Origin: an uncultured bacterium
GTDB taxonomy: Bacteria > Chloroflexota > UBA5177 > JANWHV01
Length of the DNA: 64,000 bases
Direction of reading: 5' to 3'
Assembly (NCBI GenBank): GCA_963827235.1
Contig: CAWHAE010000020.1
Location: 128,001-192,000, forward strand
Part shown: piece after piece, positions 60,228 through 64,000 of the stretch
How positions within the stretch are numbered: the first letter of the stretch is position 1
Layout: every line of letters begins with the position of its first letter
Notes under the pieces: generated by a model
The model's database searches: none
What the model saw: the letters and a program-made list of their open reading frames with translations, nothing else
What the model was told of the DNA's origin: nothing
Program-made: the position numbers and the translations under genes

Positions 60228-60956
60228 TCATGCAAGTGGTTTCGTTGCCGTGACTAATCGCGTGGGAAGCCACGGTCCGCTCCACCACATCCGCCATCCC
60301 AGATTCGTGCGGGTGACCTCGCGCATACCGAGATCGCTGAGGTGGCTCTGATACTCCTTGGTGGCGCGCAAATCGGCGATGAGCAGGCGACCGCCCGGTC
60401 GGAGCACGCGCACCGCCTCGTCGATGGCCTACCTCCTGCCCGCTTGTGTCTTCACGTTGTGGACCGCCAGATTGGACACGACCACGTCGAAGCTGTCGGC
60501 GGCGAACGGGAGGCTCGTCATGTCACCCGTCTGCACGTCGACCCGGTCGGCCACGCCTTCGGCGGTCGCATTGCGACGTGTGGCTGCTTCTTCATTGCCC
60601 GACTGATCACCCTTCCGCCAGAGGTCGAGGCCGACGGCCCGGCCGTCGCGCAGATGCTGGGCCGCCAGCATCAGGACGGCTCCGCGCCCGCACCCGATAT
60701 CCAGGATGTGCTCATCGCCGGCCAGGCCGAGGTGGTCAAGCAGCCGTGTCCACACGACGAACTTGCCCCACCTGGAGGCGTAGAAGCCTATACCGGAGAA
60801 GAGCACAACCAAACCGGCACCGATGAATGGCCACACGGATGCCGTCAGGGCGCCTTGCACGACGCCATAGGCGACCGCTACCACCGGTACGGCCAGGAGT
60901 CCCGGCGCGTCGATGCCATAGGCCCGATGAGGCCGGTCCCGTCTGCTCGCTGCCAT
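60228..60956 (-). pseudogene. Class I SAM-dependent methyltransferase interrupted by an in-frame TAG
   Basis: ILDIGCGRG, GDMTSLPF..FDVVVSNLAVHN, then TAG 60429-60431, then AIDEAVRVLRPGGRLLIAD in frame. Confidence 0.85.
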
Positions 60957-61146
60957 GCTTCCTCCTGCTGGTGATGCCGCGTGCAACCATTCGCGTGTTA
61001 TCTACAAGGCCCGCTGAGAGGAATCGACACCGAACCGTTCGCCACGGGTCCAGGCAAAACACTCGTGCCTTGAGACGCAGTACAGTCCAAATTCGGCGCA
61101 GAACAGCGCTCCGCGCAGCTCCTATCATGCGGTTGCGTGACGAGGG

Positions 61147-61407
61147 CTACCCGTTCGTTTGCCACTCACGCGCGACAATGAATCGGACCAGGTGTCCAAC
61201 ATTCGTCGTTGCGACGATTACGTCGTGTCCATCTTCGCCGAGCAGCTCGGCCGTTGCAGCCAGAATCACGTCTCCATCGAGTGCGTGTCGGTCTGCCGCT
61301 GTGATGCCTTTCTGTTGGGCGTCGGCCCACAGGCGCAGTGCCGGCTCGGGACGCGCCCGTGAGACCATCGCAAGCGGTCCGCTGTCGAGTAGGATGTATC
61401 TAGGCAT
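61147..61407 (-). pseudogene. PIN-domain toxin with internal in-frame deletion
   Basis: ILLDSGPL N-terminus joined almost directly to LWADAQQKG..ALDGDVILAA..VATTNVGHL; 86 aa, central segment with the conserved Glu missing. Confidence 0.7.
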
Positions 61408-61606
61408 CGCCAAAGAGCAGACGTGCTCCGTCTTGGCGACGCGTCTCATGTAGAGCGCGGCGCGGCATCTGCCACGCCTCGTCATCGGCGCGCGGATTGG
61501 CGCCATCCCCTTGTGCCCACAGCTGTTCAAGCGCGCTCAGCTGGTCGTCGGCGCCGCGGACGATGGCCAGGCGCTCACCTGAGGGCGTATGCTTTTCTTG
61601 TTCCAT
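61400..61606 (-). CDS. Putative antitoxin (68 aa)
   Basis: GAGGAG RBS; overlaps the PIN start by 8 nt; tail EAWQ..RRALHETR....RLLF. Confidence 0.55.
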   Translation of the reverse strand: MEQEKHTPSGERLAIVRGADDQLSALEQLWAQGDGANPRADDEAWQMPRRALHETRRQDGARLLFGDA

Positions 61607-62020
61607 CGTCTCCTCATTTGGCGGCCACCATCTAGCCCAAGTATAGCGTGCCAGGGTGCTGAGCACCTGGGATGTCTGAGTGCGCGCGTACCTGGACGTT
61701 GCCTTTCCCAGCCATAACCTCCGCTGCTTCTTACCCATCCTGCCGGCTGGAGTGTGAGCAAGATTTATGCAAGGACGCTCCGCTACGACGCGACACAGCC
61801 TGGTTAGGGAGGTAACGAGTGGCGGCCTGCTTCTCCGGCAGCTGCAGCGTCCGGCACGGGGCGACCGATTGGTACGCCCCGTCGGTCCAGTCCGCCGCCG
61901 ACCTGCCAAAGCCGCCTAGTGTGGACAAGACTTGAGCCGGCAACTGGCTAATCACTTTGGCCACGGCGCTGGCCAATTGCATGGCCGTTGACAGCCACAG
62001 TCGGCCGCCCAGTGTCTTCC

Positions 62021-62071
62021 TTGACCTCGCCAATTCCCGTGCTACGATGAGGATTCTAGAACACCTGTTCT
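62021..62071 (+). promoter_or_regulatory. Sigma70-type promoter followed by a LexA (SOS) box
   Basis: TTGACC 62021-62026, 16 bp, TACGAT 62043-62048 with extended TGn; AGAAC-ACCT-GTTCT 62058-62071; GAGG 62091-62094 and ATG 62102. Confidence 0.7.
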
Positions 62072-62192
62072 TACTCCCCAGTACGAAAGCGAGGTCGCTC
62101 TATGCCCGGTTCGCCCCTCCACGATCGAGCGCGCCGCTGACGAACCGGCGGCGAGCGCTCCTGCCGCTGCCGGAGCCCGCGTACACGGAGAC

Positions 62193-62323
62193 AACATGGA
62201 AAAATGCGAAACGAAGTCGCCGGCATCGCCGGCTGCCGTCCCTGGCGCTGCTCCTGCCGGCCCCGCCGCTGCCCGTGCAGGCCCACACGAGGGAAACACG
62301 GAAAAATGCGAAACGAAATCGCC
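62193..62323 (+). repeat. A-rich 29-bp direct repeat, two copies, 102-bp period
   Basis: AACATGGAAAAATGCGAAACGAAGTCGCC (62193-62221) vs AACACGGAAAAATGCGAAACGAAATCGCC (62295-62323), 27/29 identical; encodes N.EKCETKSP twice. Confidence 0.8.
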
Positions 62324-62910
62324 CTCATCGTCGGTTGTTCCCCAGCCTGCAGAGCGTGCCGGTCGCGTGCGGAGGTCCGGCACCCCGGCCGCCTCTCCCG
62401 AACCGCCTATCAAGCGGCCATCGACGCCGGCTCGTGCCTCGGCAGTCTCCACGTCCTAGCCGCCCACCGCTGCCGGCGCTGCCACTGCCATGGTTTGCGC
62501 CGCTCGCGCCCGCCGCGTGCCCGTTTCCGCGGCCGGCAACCACGCAGACGGATCAGCGCGCCGCCGGCGTCCTCGGCAAGGCGCTGCTCCGCGGCCAATC
62601 TGCTGCTGCGCATGATAGGAGTCGACTCCACCTGGTTTCCTGGGCGATGGTGAGTCCGGCCCGAGCTGCCGCCACCAGAGGAGTGGCCTGAATGTCGGGC
62701 CCGGCCGTGCCACGCTCTGCAGCACCATGGTGGGGGCGGGCATGCCCGGATCCTGGCCCGCGCACGTTTCGCTCGTACCACCACCTGTATGCTTCCCAGA
62801 GGTAGTTGCGGTGTCAACCTGGCTGTCGCTTGCTCGCGACCGCAGTCGCCACGTGCGCTGCCATGCGACCACAGTCGCAGGTTCGTCCTACAGCTTCTGG
62901 TTGGAAGCAT

Positions 62911-63810
62911 CTAGCTGGACGTGGCCCCTTCGGGCGCCGCCTGGGAGGCGGCCGCCGCTCCGGCGAAGGAACTGGTCGGTGGATCGGCGAGGTATTTGTC
63001 GATGATCGGCGCCAGCTCGGGCGCGGTCACGAAATTGTAGTGGCTGTAGCCGGGAACGATCGCGAGCCGCGCCTTCGAGAGCTGGGTGTTCTGCCAGCCG
63101 GGCTCCTTCACGCCGCCGCCGAGCAGCGCGAAAAACTCTGCAATGTGTTGCTGCGACACCGAGTCGTTGTCGGCGAAAACCAGCATCACCGGCATGGGCA
63201 GTCTTTTCACGTCGGCGGACCAGTCGTAGGACGCGCCCATCATCTTGCCCATCTTGTCGAGGAATTCCGGGAAGCGCCGCGGCTCCGGCCATTGCCTCGA
63301 GAATTTGCCTGTGGGCGTCTGCCATATGTACTCGGCCATGGCGGCGCTGACGTTTGCCATGCCCTCCTGCGCCTCGGGGTACCAGCCGCGCTTGGCGTAC
63401 GGGCTGGAGATGACGACGAGCCGGCGGACCTTTTCCGGATGCTGGATGGCGGTGCGCAGGCCGACCGCGGCGCCGAGCGATAAGCCGGCGATATCGGCCC
63501 GGGCGATGCTGAGCTGGTCGAGCAGCGCGGCCACGTCGTCGCCCATGGTCTCGAACGAAAGCGGTCGCTCGGTGTCCGCCGTGCGGCCGTGGCCCTGCAG
63601 CTCGACCGCGATCACCTTGTGTGTCTTCGCCAGGGGCTCCAGCAACGCCACCATTTCACCGATCGTCATCAGGCCGCCGTGCAGCAGGACCAGCGGTTCA
63701 CCCTGTCCGTAGATCTCGTGATACAGCTTGATGCCATGCACGTCGGCATAGCCCGAGGAGACGGGCGCGCGCCGCGCGCGCGTTGATGTTTCCGTTGTAA
63801 TCTCCGGCAT
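62911..63810 (-). CDS. Alpha/beta fold hydrolase
   Basis: LLHGG, ELQGHGRT, GLSLG nucleophile elbow, ADND, PGYSHY; AAGGAG RBS. Confidence 0.92.
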   Translation of the reverse strand: MPEITTETSTRARRAPVSSGYADVHGIKLYHEIYGQGEPLVLLHGGLMTIGEMVALLEPLAKTHKVIAVELQGHGRTADTERPLSFETMGDDVAALLDQLSIARADIAGLSLGAAVGLRTAIQHPEKVRRLVVISSPYAKRGWYPEAQEGMANVSAAMAEYIWQTPTGKFSRQWPEPRRFPEFLDKMGKMMGASYDWSADVKRLPMPVMLVFADNDSVSQQHIAEFFALLGGGVKEPGWQNTQLSKARLAIVPGYSHYNFVTAPELAPIIDKYLADPPTSSFAGAAAASQAAPEGATSS

Positions 63811-64000
63811 GGCTGGCTACTCCTTTGCAGCGGATGGGCGACGAGTGACGATCCTGTCCGCGTGCCTATCACGGCCGCTTTCAACAGTCTACGCATATTC
63901 GCCTCATCATCGGATCTTTGAGATAGCGCGTGATCACGCCGGCCCCAGACCGGTCATCGCCGCGGGCGAGCCCGTGGGCAGAATGCCTGCCGCGTGTGCG

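Noticed and set aside
32444-60431. Stop-codon recoding (TAA in lysR at 32444, TAG in the methyltransferase at 60429)
   Set aside because: TAG and TAA end many intact genes here and no pyl/sel machinery is present; single nonsense changes or errors are simpler.
62193-62323. Mini CRISPR array
   Set aside because: Only two repeats, a 73-bp GC-rich spacer, period a multiple of 3, no palindrome and no cas genes.

Overview
High-GC bacterial window; several cues point to a Chloroflexota-like soil organism (inference only). Left to right it holds: (1) a LacI-controlled sugar locus with a Gfo/Idh/MocA oxidoreductase, three GH31 glycosidases, a GH146/GH127 enzyme and a CUT1 ABC binding protein plus permeases, with a consensus sigma70 promoter overlapped by a tandem palindromic operator; (2) a compact hopanoid cluster (shc divergent from hpnH-hpnA-hpnG-like-squalene synthase-GT2, plus type 2 IDI); (3) ArsR/MFS and an FGGY gluconokinase; (4) four co-oriented secreted proteins (two Cys-laced Asp-box propellers, a CAP protein, and a small domain present both alone and fused); (5) a nonsense-interrupted LysR and an orphan PAS histidine kinase; (6) a coupled TerY-vWA / PP2C / Ser-Thr kinase triad plus a fourth gene fusing a small helical domain to a long beta-helix; (7) GH13, GntR and csoR-copA(frameshifted)-copZ; (8) a double zinc-ribbon PrsW-like protease coupled to a zinc-ribbon membrane protein; (9) PfkB kinase, C1 peptidase-PASTA and a third propeller; (10) a decayed zone (about 53 and 58.8-62.5 kb) of truncated or internally deleted genes, including a PIN toxin-antitoxin relic and a LexA-box promoter driving a vestigial repeat-bearing gene. 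The best candidates for undescribed systems are the four-gene TerY-P variant and the PrsW/zinc-ribbon pair. I saw no rRNA, tRNA, CRISPR array or intact mobile element. All calls come from reading motifs by eye; no searches were run.
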